A stretch of 29,459 bases of DNA. Source: Candidatus Methanophagales archaeon (GTDB lineage: Archaea; Halobacteriota; Syntropharchaeia; Alkanophagales; Methanospirareceae). Position numbers and translations under genes: made by a program. Shown in pieces: positions 1 through 8,556 of the stretch; the stretch's first letter is position 1, and each line of letters starts with the position of its first letter. Location of the stretch: assembly GCA_003601795.1 (NCBI GenBank), contig PIXU01000001.1, positions 1 through 29,459 of the forward strand, given 5' to 3'. The notes beneath the pieces were generated by a model that ran no database searches, was not told where the DNA came from, and worked only from the letters and a program-made list of their open reading frames with translations.

Positions 1-1
1 A

Positions 2-1042
2 AAGAAAGAGGAAAGAGGTCTTGGAACAACAATTGACGTGATATTATACGATGGGCAGCTCAGCGTAGGTGATACACTCGTGGTGGGGAGTACAGAGGAG
101 GAGCCAATAGTAACAAGGGTGAAAGCGGTGTTAAAACCAAGGGCTTTGCAAGAGATAAGGACAGAGCAGAGATTTAAGCGAGTAAGAAGAGTGAATGCTG
201 CTTCTGGTGTGAAAATAGTAGCACCGGGGCTAGAAAATGCGCTTCCCGGTTCACGGGTGAGGGTATCCAAGCAAGGGAAAGACGAACTCGAGCGCGTGAT
301 AAAGGAGATAAAGGGCGAGATAGAGGAGATGAAGATGGAGACGAGTCCGGAAGGAATAATCATAAAGGCTGATACAATGGGCTCACTGGAAGCGCTTGCT
401 TTGGAGCTGAAAGGCGAAGGAATAGAGAAAATAAAAAAGGCAGAAGTTGGAAGTATTTCTAAGAGGGACATAATAGACGCTACCACGGTTAAGAATCGTT
501 ATTTGAGTGCTATTTTGGGCTTTAACGTTGATTTACTCCCGGATGCAAAGGAAATAGCCCTGGCAAATCGTATCCCGGTATTTATAAGCGATGTTATTTA
601 CCGGTTGATAGAAGATTATGAGAACTGGATGAGGGGGGAGCGCGAGAAAGAGAAGCGAGAGCTCATGGATAGGCTGACAACACCAGCAAAGATAAAAATT
701 CTGCCGGGATGTGTATTCAGGCAAAGCAAACCTGCTATTGTGGGCGTAGAAGTTCTGGGCGGGAAAATAAAAACAGGTGTGAAATTGATAAGAGCGGATG
801 GAGTAGGGATTGGAGCGATAAATGAGATACAGGATAAAGGAGAGAGCATAAAAAGTGCAGAGCAAGGGATGCAGGTGGCGATTTCAATGAAGAAACCAAC
901 GGTAGGGCGGCAAATAAAGGAGAATGATGTTTTATATGTGGATATTTCCGACGAAGAAATAAAAATGTTAAAAGGGTTGCTGTCGGTAGATGAAGAAGAA
1001 GTGTTGGAGGAATTGCTGGAGATAAGGGGGAAAAAAACTTAA
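2..1042 (+). CDS. infB: Translation initiation factor IF-2 (aIF5B), C-terminal part; the gene starts before the window
   Basis: Frame is open from base 2 (KKEERGLGTTIDVILYDG). aIF5B motifs: GIIIKADTMGSLEAL, AILGFNV, VIYRLIEDY, PAKIKILPGCVFRQSKPAIVGVEVLGG. Confidence 0.96.
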   Translation, partial: KKEERGLGTTIDVILYDGQLSVGDTLVVGSTEEEPIVTRVKAVLKPRALQEIRTEQRFKRVRRVNAASGVKIVAPGLENALPGSRVRVSKQGKDELERVIKEIKGEIEEMKMETSPEGIIIKADTMGSLEALALELKGEGIEKIKKAEVGSISKRDIIDATTVKNRYLSAILGFNVDLLPDAKEIALANRIPVFISDVIYRLIEDYENWMRGEREKEKRELMDRLTTPAKIKILPGCVFRQSKPAIVGVEVLGGKIKTGVKLIRADGVGIGAINEIQDKGESIKSAEQGMQVAISMKKPTVGRQIKENDVLYVDISDEEIKMLKGLLSVDEEEVLEELLEIRGKKT

Positions 1043-1067
1043 AATCTAACACCACTTATATGGTTAC

Positions 1068-2888
1068 TTACACTCTTTTATACCACTTGACCAATCTGAA
1101 AATAACAAAAGAAACAATTAGTGTCATTGCTACCCACAAGATTGTAGTTGTTCCCTCTTCGCTTCCTTCTTGTTCTTCTTTCACCGACACATTCCAATCG
1201 TGGAAGAAAACATCCTCGTAAAATGAAGCTATTTCCTCGTTCTCTATTATTACGCCTGCTTCTCTGTTGTGAATAGAATTGACGTTCCAGTTGAGCGACG
1301 TTATAATCACTTCTTTGCCATCCACGATTAATCCCTTGTTGTGTATTTTGACCAATCCTAACGAGTCCAAATCAGCTAATCTCGCTTCTAAGTTCAAATT
1401 TTCCTCGCTCGCTACCTTATTCAACCATGCGATTGCTTCATCATTATCATTCCAATCCTTTAGATTATACTCTTTGGAGTCGAGCAGCACTTTTACCTCA
1501 CATCCTCTTCTCGCAGCTTCTATCAGAGCAGCAATAAAGGTATTCTCCTCTTCACCCCAGAATCTTCCAGTTGAGAACTGCTCCACAAAAACACTTTTTT
1601 CTGCACTGTTTATCGCACCCTGTAAAGTTTCGTTACTCAGGGCAGCATCGGGTGCGAAAAAAGGAATCAGCGTAAAGTTACTATATAAGCTGAGAGGTTC
1701 AAAAACAGGTGCATAAGAGCCTTCTGGTATCATGACTTTGGTTTTTAAATTAAAGACCACCATATCTGCTGAAAGTTCTTTACCACGGTAGAAATCATCA
1801 AAAAATATCTCTTTGAAGTAATCAGCCACTTCTGCGTTTTTTATCACGATGCCCCAGCCACGGTTGCCAAAAGAGTTATTACAGGATATTCCGGTATTTT
1901 TCCAGTTTTCTGTCATTACTATGGTCGTTTCATTGTCAATAATTGCGTATTTTGCATGGTTTATGAATGGGTCGTGGGAAAAACGAACCCTTCCTCCTCT
2001 TTCTCTTATCCTTGCCGCAATATACAGTTCTTCATCTTTAACTCCCCCAACAGGATTGCCTTCAAGCAGCAAACACACGTTTACTCCTCTATTCAAAGCA
2101 TCCAAAACCACATCCATGAGATATGTGTTCTCAAACTGATACAGGTTGATGTACAAGGAGGAGGATGCATTGCCCATTTCGCGTCCTAAAACAGAAAAAC
2201 TGCAATCAGGAGATACAAAAGCAGTAACAAAGCCATAGAAGGAGATTTTTTCGGGGGCGTGATAAGAAGCGCCAAAAGGAAGAAGAAGCCAGTCTTTACA
2301 CTGGTTTGTATCCTGAAAATCGTTTCGTTTGTAAACCATTCCCTCTCTTGGCTTTCTCAAAGGTTCTTCTTGCCAGCCTTCTTCGTTGTAAGTGGAATCT
2401 CCGTATATAACAGCATCTACTACTCTTCCGCTCTTGTCTTTCAGGATCACTTCGTCACCATCGTTGCGCAATGCAAATCTCCCTTCGGTCTGCATTTGAC
2501 TGACTTTGGGATGAGATTCCAAGCCGTATTCGAAATCAGGGAATATGTTTTCAGTTGTTACATTATTCATTCGCTCCACAAATACAGAAGCACATCTCGT
2601 AACGTAGATCGTCTCCCCTGGAGGAACACAAAAAGGGGGGAATATGATTTTTCCTTCGTTATCTGTTATGCTCCAATCTTCGATATTTATTGAATGAGAG
2701 CAAGGATTTGTGATTGCAATGTATTCGTTTAACTCGTTTTTTGTAGCAGTGTTGGGATAGAATTCGGTTATTATCAAACTTAGTGGTGCAGTACTGTAAG
2801 AATAGGCAAATGCACATTGTGGTAAGGCTAAAAAGAAAGCAAGGATAAAAGTAGCCAAGAAACATTTAGATGCTCCTTTTTCTAACAT
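1068..2888 (-). CDS. Secreted, membrane-anchored phospholipase D-superfamily protein with an N-terminal lamin-tail domain
   Basis: Hydrophobic signal peptide. LTD-like LIITEFYPN...EYIAITN...WSITD and LRNDGDEVILKD. Two HKD motifs (HAKYAIID, HNKGLIVD). C-terminal TM helix followed by a basic tail. Confidence 0.85.
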   Translation of the reverse strand: MLEKGASKCFLATFILAFFLALPQCAFAYSYSTAPLSLIITEFYPNTATKNELNEYIAITNPCSHSINIEDWSITDNEGKIIFPPFCVPPGETIYVTRCASVFVERMNNVTTENIFPDFEYGLESHPKVSQMQTEGRFALRNDGDEVILKDKSGRVVDAVIYGDSTYNEEGWQEEPLRKPREGMVYKRNDFQDTNQCKDWLLLPFGASYHAPEKISFYGFVTAFVSPDCSFSVLGREMGNASSSLYINLYQFENTYLMDVVLDALNRGVNVCLLLEGNPVGGVKDEELYIAARIRERGGRVRFSHDPFINHAKYAIIDNETTIVMTENWKNTGISCNNSFGNRGWGIVIKNAEVADYFKEIFFDDFYRGKELSADMVVFNLKTKVMIPEGSYAPVFEPLSLYSNFTLIPFFAPDAALSNETLQGAINSAEKSVFVEQFSTGRFWGEEENTFIAALIEAARRGCEVKVLLDSKEYNLKDWNDNDEAIAWLNKVASEENLNLEARLADLDSLGLVKIHNKGLIVDGKEVIITSLNWNVNSIHNREAGVIIENEEIASFYEDVFFHDWNVSVKEEQEGSEEGTTTILWVAMTLIVSFVIFRLVKWYKRV

Positions 2889-2944
2889 TTTTTCATATGC
2901 AATCGCGTGGTTGGTTCAAGGGCAAAAGAGCAATTATTTTAGGT

Positions 2945-4249
2945 TCACCTCCACGTCTTCACATTAGAAACAATTACAAAACCTTCTTCCGAATCGTTAA
3001 CCGCTTTTTCCAGAGCCGAATCCAAATCATCAGAAAAAAACACGTTCTCACCTTCTATTTTGTCTCTGAACTCCTCACCCACAATTATTATCTCAACGAA
3101 ATCCGACGCTACATTCTTAACTATCTGTTTCACTTCCTCCAAGTCCACCCCTTCACACACATATTGGGACTCCTCCCCAACAATCAAAATCATCTTCTCC
3201 GAATACTGCCTTGCCATCCTCGTTATCTCATCAAGGAACTTCAATTTTGTGCCTGAATTGGAATTATCAATCAAGAACCGCCCTTTCAGCTTCTCCAGTT
3301 TCATCCTACCCTTTACTGCTGAGATATTAGTATTGACTTCTTCTGGTGGAATGCCAAGGCTCAAAACGGCGCAAAACGCCGCTTCCAGAGAATTCCTGTA
3401 ATATTCCCCGCCAAACAAATCAAAAGATTTGAATGCGATTTCGCCACTTATAGAATCACCGGTTATGGTTCTCAGTCGGTTAAAAATGACTTTGTTTTCC
3501 CTTTTACTTATCCAGAGGCTGTTATCTTTATTACCAAAGGTATTCGCTACCACTTCTTCATCTGTTCTTAATGAGCCTGGATGAACTATTATACTCCCGT
3601 GTTTGCTTTCATAGTTCTTCATTGATCCTCTTTTTACCACAGAAGCATCTTTTGTGCCTCCAGCAATCCTGTAATCTGCTTTCAAGCTCGTTATTACCCC
3701 TACATTGCCTGCTCCTGTTAAACCGAGTGAGACTTCAAATACCGCTATATTTGGCTTCAAATTCTTTTCTCGCGCTATCTCCATCACTTTCAACATGTTC
3801 GCAGGCGTGCTGCCTATCCTGGGAAATAGTACTCCTTTTTCTACCGATTTAAACCTCGTGGAGGAGCTGGTATGCGAAAGAACCTCAAATTTTTCCTTGT
3901 TCAACAACTGGCAGATTAGCTCGCAAACTGCGGTCTTTCCAACCGTACCTGTTACTTCCACTACTTTTATACCAGCGAAAAGATTTTTTAGAGCCGCAAT
4001 CTCTTTTACCGCTTCGTGATGATTCACAATGGGTATCTCCATCTTTAAAGTTTGCCTTACAACCTCAAAGTTCGGATTCAGATGAACCGGTGCGATAACA
4101 AGGTCGTAATCCAACGCTTTAGAAAAGGTTTGATGGTATGGGTCGAAGACCTCTACTTGTTTCTCAAGTTCTTTTAGCTCTTCTGCAATGACTTCTGCCC
4201 CGTGAATGGGGTCTAAAACCAATATCTTGCATGCTTCTTTTATGCTCAT
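2945..4249 (-). CDS. cfbE: Coenzyme F430 synthase (Mur-ligase-like)
   Basis: N-terminal LVLDPIHG, P-loop EVTGTVGKT, FEVSLG and C-terminal GRM...IDNSNSG, as in CfbE. Methanogenesis-pathway context. Confidence 0.85.
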   Translation of the reverse strand: MSIKEACKILVLDPIHGAEVIAEELKELEKQVEVFDPYHQTFSKALDYDLVIAPVHLNPNFEVVRQTLKMEIPIVNHHEAVKEIAALKNLFAGIKVVEVTGTVGKTAVCELICQLLNKEKFEVLSHTSSSTRFKSVEKGVLFPRIGSTPANMLKVMEIAREKNLKPNIAVFEVSLGLTGAGNVGVITSLKADYRIAGGTKDASVVKRGSMKNYESKHGSIIVHPGSLRTDEEVVANTFGNKDNSLWISKRENKVIFNRLRTITGDSISGEIAFKSFDLFGGEYYRNSLEAAFCAVLSLGIPPEEVNTNISAVKGRMKLEKLKGRFLIDNSNSGTKLKFLDEITRMARQYSEKMILIVGEESQYVCEGVDLEEVKQIVKNVASDFVEIIIVGEEFRDKIEGENVFFSDDLDSALEKAVNDSEEGFVIVSNVKTWR

Positions 4250-4282
4250 TTGTTTGTTAATTATTAATTATTACCCCCATTA

Positions 4283-4290
4283 TTTATAAA
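4283..4290 (-). promoter_or_regulatory. Candidate TATA box for cfbE
   Basis: TTTATAAA on the minus strand, 34 nt upstream of the cfbE ATG and just past the tRNA 3' end. Confidence 0.5.
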
Positions 4291-4294
4291 ATCA

Positions 4295-4378
4295 TGCGGG
4301 GGGCGTGATTTGAACACGCGGACTCCTTCGAGACAGGGTCCTAAGCCCTGCGCCTTTTCCTAACTCAGCAACCCCCGC
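4295..4378 (-). tRNA. trnL: tRNA-Leu (anticodon UAG), no intron, CCA not encoded
   Basis: Reverse complement folds as: acceptor GCGGGGG/CCCCCGC plus discriminator A; anticodon arm CAGGG-CT-TAG-GA-CCCTG; long variable arm; T arm GCGTG-TTCAAAT-CACGC. Confidence 0.96.
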
Positions 4379-4824
4379 TTCTCTTTTCTCTCCACTCTTA
4401 TTCCTTCTATCCACGTATGCGGGTAATTTCCCGTTTCGTCCTTCTCTTCCGATTTCACCATGTCCCAAATCGTTAACAGAGCCACAGATAGACCATGCAG
4501 TGCATCCATCTCTACGCCCGTCTTTCCAACGGACTTCACAGATACTGTCGCTTTTATATCCTCCTCACACATCGAAAAATCAACTTTTACCGCTTCAATG
4601 CTTATTGGATGGCATAGCGGGATCATATCAGGGGTTTTTTTCACAGCCAATATCGCTGCGGTTTCCGCGCATGCAAGCACGTCCCCTTTCTTTATATTCC
4701 CCCTTCTTATCTTCTCAATAGTGCTATTTTTCAATTTTATGCTGCCAGAAGCCACTGCTATTCGCTCAACATTCTCTTTTTTGCTTATGTCCACCATGAC
4801 CACGCTCACGTCGTGCCGATGCAT
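4360..4824 (-). CDS. moaC: Cyclic pyranopterin monophosphate synthase (true start may be the ATG at 4797)
   Basis: MVDISKK...[41 protein letters not shown] and LTIWDMVKS are MoaC signatures. Confidence 0.95.
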   Translation of the reverse strand: MHRHDVSVVMVDISKKENVERIAVASGSIKLKNSTIEKIRRGNIKKGDVLACAETAAILAVKKTPDMIPLCHPISIEAVKVDFSMCEEDIKATVSVKSVGKTGVEMDALHGLSVALLTIWDMVKSEEKDETGNYPHTWIEGIRVERKEKRGLLS

Positions 4825-4833
4825 TGTTTCTCT

Positions 4834-5049
4834 TCAAGCTGGCCAGACACCGAAATATATCTCCAACCCTAACACCACGACACCTATAAAGACGCCGAGA
4901 AGTAGTATCGTTTTCGGTGATAGCTTAACCGCAGACTCCTCTACATCGTAATACCGCATCAATCCCGCAGAGGACATAAGTCCACGTTCTTCGCCTCTTC
5001 CTCTTCCTCCTTCCCTCTTAGCTTTTTTCGTTGCTCTTTTTTTTGCCAT
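4834..5049 (-). CDS. sec61beta: Preprotein translocase subunit Sec61beta
   Basis: Basic N-terminus, GLMSSAGLMRYYD motif, single TM helix after KLSPK. Confidence 0.9.
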   Translation of the reverse strand: MAKKRATKKAKREGGRGRGEERGLMSSAGLMRYYDVEESAVKLSPKTILLLGVFIGVVVLGLEIYFGVWPA

Positions 5050-5120
5050 AATTGATTTTATGATTTTTATTTATATTCAATTCAAAACTGGAATATAAAA
5101 AAACGATTCATGAGTCAGAG

Positions 5121-5243
5121 ATGACGAGATATGATGCAATAAAAGCAGTAGCGGAATTTCTGGATGAAGAGGCTGTTGTTTCCAATATTGGCGAACCAAG
5201 TAAGGAATTGTATGAGATTAGAAATAGAGATCTAAACTTCTAG
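5121..5243 (+). pseudogene. comE: Remnant of sulfopyruvate decarboxylase beta subunit/domain (ComE; coenzyme M biosynthesis)
   Basis: Translates MTRYDAIKAVAEFLDEEAVVSNIGEPSKELYEIRNRDLNF*. This matches the ComE N-terminus (VVSNIG.PSKEL...DR..NF) but stops just before YMLGSMG. The frame is also open upstream (KLEYKKTIHESE), possibly the linker of a fused ComDE. Not in the ORF track. Confidence 0.75.
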
Positions 5244-5565
5244 CGCGCAACTATCGAGGGTTTGTATGACAATAAAGACCGAGAGTCATTCATGTAATAG
5301 TGAAAACGGGAAGTGCAGGAATGAAGAACATAAAATTGACATCATGGCAAATAAAGAGAAGATTTATGAAGGCTATACTTTAGCGATACTCTCCTATCTC
5401 GCATAGTATAGAATTATCTCTTATTCATATTTTGCTTGTCGTTTATTATACAATAAGACAATCTAATAGACAAAAATAGAAAAATTTAAATACTTGCAAG
5501 TAGAAAAGAATATTTATGTATATAAAAACGCATGATAGTATAGAAGAAATTAGGAGGTGATTAGT

Positions 5566-6597
5566 ATGAAAAAGAGAACCGCAATTATAGGGGGAATAAT
5601 GGCTGTAGGAATAATTGCAGTAGTGGTTTTTGGAATTGGATGCATAGAAGAAAAAGCTCCAGCAGAGATGACTACACTCAACATTGGCTATCAACCAAGC
5701 ACGCATCAAATCGCAGCGATGTTAGCATCCGAGAAGGGATGGTGGGAAGAGGATCTGGCGCAATTTGGTATAGAAAAAATTACAATGAAGGAATTCCCTT
5801 CAGGACCGCCAGAGATGCATGCAATGCTTGCTGGAGACCTTGACGTAGCGTATGTAGGAGTTGCGCCACCTATTGCGGCGATATACGAAGGTTTAGATGC
5901 AAAGATAGTTGCAGGCGTCCAGACTCAGGGGTCCGCGATAGTTATCCGCCCAGAGCTCGCGGATGAATACGAGGGGCCTCTTTCTTTAAAGGGCAAGTCG
6001 ATAGCCACCTTTCCAGCAGGGTCGATTCAGCATACAATCCTTTCGAAATGGCTTTTAGATAACGGAATAGACCCGACTGAGGACGTAGATATAAAAGCAA
6101 TGGGACCGAGCGATGCTGCTACTGCTATTGGAGCTAAAACCGTGGATGCTGTCTTTCTCCCCAGTCCGACACCTACAATAATCGTAGAGGAAGGGAATGG
6201 AGTAATTGTTGAATGGTCGGGTTCAATGTGGCCAGACCATGCATGCTGCTGCTTGGCTGCGAGTGGAAAAATGATTAGGGAACACCCAGAGATGCTTAAA
6301 CAGATAATAAAAACGCATATACGTGCCACAGAGTACGAGATCGAGCATCCCGAAGAAGCGGCAGAGATTTATGCAAAGTGGGAAAATGCAAATGTATCAA
6401 CGATAAAGCACTCAATAGACGCAACGGATATGCACTGGATTCACGATCCACATCTTGAGGTAGAATCGGGTATCGAATACGCGCAAGTCATCTACAACCT
6501 AAACAAAGAGAGATATGAGGGAAAGGGTATTGAAATGCTTGAGGAAAAAGACATCTTTGATACCAGCTTTTATGACGAGGTAACGGGGGAAAAATGA
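5566..6597 (+). CDS. ABC transporter substrate-binding lipoprotein 1, SsuA/TauA/NMT1-like
   Basis: SD GGAGGTGA precedes the ATG at 5566. Signal peptide ends in a lipobox-like GIGC. Motifs IGYQPSTHQ, EFPSGPPEMHAMLAGDLDVAYVG, GKSIATFPAGSIQH. Confidence 0.9.
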   Translation: MKKRTAIIGGIMAVGIIAVVVFGIGCIEEKAPAEMTTLNIGYQPSTHQIAAMLASEKGWWEEDLAQFGIEKITMKEFPSGPPEMHAMLAGDLDVAYVGVAPPIAAIYEGLDAKIVAGVQTQGSAIVIRPELADEYEGPLSLKGKSIATFPAGSIQHTILSKWLLDNGIDPTEDVDIKAMGPSDAATAIGAKTVDAVFLPSPTPTIIVEEGNGVIVEWSGSMWPDHACCCLAASGKMIREHPEMLKQIIKTHIRATEYEIEHPEEAAEIYAKWENANVSTIKHSIDATDMHWIHDPHLEVESGIEYAQVIYNLNKERYEGKGIEMLEEKDIFDTSFYDEVTGEK

Positions 6598-7367
6598 GGC
6601 TGCCAGCGAAAGAAAAAGGGCTGTGGTCGGTTCCTCTAATCACAGTCCTTCTCCTCTGGGAGTTTACGGCGGGATACGTGATAAAAAATCCGTTAATGTT
6701 GCCACGCTTCTCCGCCGTTATTTTTTCCATTTATGCGCTTAGGAATGTTTTGATTGCTGATATGCTCATCAGCCTTCTTCACTTTGGTATAGGGCTGGCA
6801 TTGGCATTTGCCGTAGCACTTCCTCTGGCAATTGGTATGGGGTGGTCCAGGAACATATTCAAAGCTATTGACCCAATCATTGAAATTCTGAGGCCAATAC
6901 CCCCTCTCGCATGGATACCCATTGCAATGATCTGGTTCCATCTGACGCACTATGCCGCGGGGTTTATCATATTCATCGGTGCATTTTTCCCAATCTTAAT
7001 TGACAGCTATACCGGATTTCGCAATGTGCCAAAGGTGTTGGTAGAGACGGGTAAAGTGTTAGGATGCATAGGTAATAAAAAGCAGATAAAATATGTTGCT
7101 TTTCCCTATGCGCTTCCTTCTATTGCTACCGGCACTCGCATAGGAATGGGAATAGGATGGATGTGCGTAGTTGCAGCGGAAATGTTCGGAGTTAGTGATA
7201 GTGGACTTGGATATCGCCTATTCCAGAAATTTTACTTTCTACATCAGATGGATTACGTGGTAGCGTACATGCTTGTTTTAGGGCTGGTAGCACTATGCTT
7301 AGACCGCTTATTCAGATATTTTGTAGAGGATAAACTATTAAAATGGAAGAAAGGGATAGTGAAATGA
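6594..7367 (+). CDS. ABC transporter permease, SsuC/TauC-like
   Basis: Multiple TM helices, LRPIPPLAWIP, FFPILI, EAA-loop region, IGMGIGWMCVVAAEM. ATGA overlap with the upstream gene. Confidence 0.92.
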   Translation: MRLPAKEKGLWSVPLITVLLLWEFTAGYVIKNPLMLPRFSAVIFSIYALRNVLIADMLISLLHFGIGLALAFAVALPLAIGMGWSRNIFKAIDPIIEILRPIPPLAWIPIAMIWFHLTHYAAGFIIFIGAFFPILIDSYTGFRNVPKVLVETGKVLGCIGNKKQIKYVAFPYALPSIATGTRIGMGIGWMCVVAAEMFGVSDSGLGYRLFQKFYFLHQMDYVVAYMLVLGLVALCLDRLFRYFVEDKLLKWKKGIVK

Positions 7368-8533
7368 GAAATAAGGATATTACCAGGTTAAAAATTGGCT
7401 TACTCTGCAAAGGGCTAAAAGTGAATCCAAATGCGAGATATTATCCTGAGATAGTACCTGATGGATATGCTGGAGGCGGGAAATCAAGAGCGGGGGTTGC
7501 GGGAAGTGGTAAAGATTTCATTTTAGATTCTGGAGAATCCTGTAATATAGGCGTTTTACAACCATTCCTGGAAGAATCACCTTTTGAATTCAAGATAATA
7601 GATAGCGAGGGGTGGATACTAAAAGAGGGTAAAAAAGCTATTAGAGCTACGCTAAGGGAGCCGAAATGGCATTCTACCCACTTATTCAACGAGATACAAT
7701 TGCATGGAAAAGATTCTCTTGCAACTGCGTTATCGAATTTCTGTATTTATAAGCAACAAGGAGAAGACTGCAAGTTTTGCATAATTGACGTTGGTGGAGA
7801 GATAGTGATTCATGAACCGGAAGATATTGCAAGAGCAATACAGGAAATAGAAAAGACTTCAGAACTCAGGGCATGCTATAATATTGAAGATAAATACAAT
7901 CCAAACCTCACAGAGCAAGAGCTCGAAAAGAGGAAAAAATATGTGGAACCGAAGGATGTAAACATAAATTCGGGGACGCTGAAAGACGCAGTAAGAGATT
8001 ATAAAAAGACAATTTCTGCTATAAAAGCAGTTAGTGAACTCCCGATTGGTATACAAATTTGTCCAGTCGAACCCGATGAAATGGAAACTCTTTATTCTGC
8101 GGGTACTACGGAAATCAGCTTTAATTTAGAGGTTTATGATGAGCGTGCAAGAAAAGAAGTAATTCCGGGGAAAAATAGGGATAATTCGGCAGCGGATTAT
8201 TTAAAGGCTATGAGCGAAGCGGTAGGGATATTTGGAGATAATCAAGTGGAATCGTGGATATTGATAGGACTTGAACCAAAGGAGAAGACCATTGAAGGAA
8301 TCAAAGCGATAGCAGAAGCTGGTGCAATACCATTGCCAAAACCTTTCAGACCTTTGTATGGGGCAGATTATGAACGAAAGAGACCTCCTACTTTGGAAGA
8401 CGCTATTGTAGTCTATGAAGCATGGCTGGATATGATTAGAGATTATGGATTGAACCCATTAAAAACGAAAGCAGGTTGTGGCAGGTGTAACGGTTGTTTC
8501 CCATTACATGAGTTGTTGAAATATGGCATTTAG
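7364..8533 (+). CDS. Radical SAM protein with a CX8CX2C motif, MSMEG_0568-like
   Basis: LHGKDSLATALSNFCIYKQQGEDCKFCII (CX8CX2C), N-terminal SRAGVAGSG...ESPF, C-terminal AGCGRCNGC. ATGA overlap with the permease stop gives the start at 7364. Confidence 0.8.
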   Translation: MRNKDITRLKIGLLCKGLKVNPNARYYPEIVPDGYAGGGKSRAGVAGSGKDFILDSGESCNIGVLQPFLEESPFEFKIIDSEGWILKEGKKAIRATLREPKWHSTHLFNEIQLHGKDSLATALSNFCIYKQQGEDCKFCIIDVGGEIVIHEPEDIARAIQEIEKTSELRACYNIEDKYNPNLTEQELEKRKKYVEPKDVNINSGTLKDAVRDYKKTISAIKAVSELPIGIQICPVEPDEMETLYSAGTTEISFNLEVYDERARKEVIPGKNRDNSAADYLKAMSEAVGIFGDNQVESWILIGLEPKEKTIEGIKAIAEAGAIPLPKPFRPLYGADYERKRPPTLEDAIVVYEAWLDMIRDYGLNPLKTKAGCGRCNGCFPLHELLKYGI

Positions 8534-8556
8534 AAAAGTGATTGGAAAGAGGTAAC

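Noticed and set aside
4295-4378. tRNA-Leu as an integration site
   Set aside because: No duplicated tRNA 3' end and no integrase in the window.
5241-5296. Pyrrolysine or other read-through of the comE TAG
   Set aside because: The downstream in-frame sequence (RATIEGLYD...) does not resemble ComE, so this is a breakpoint.
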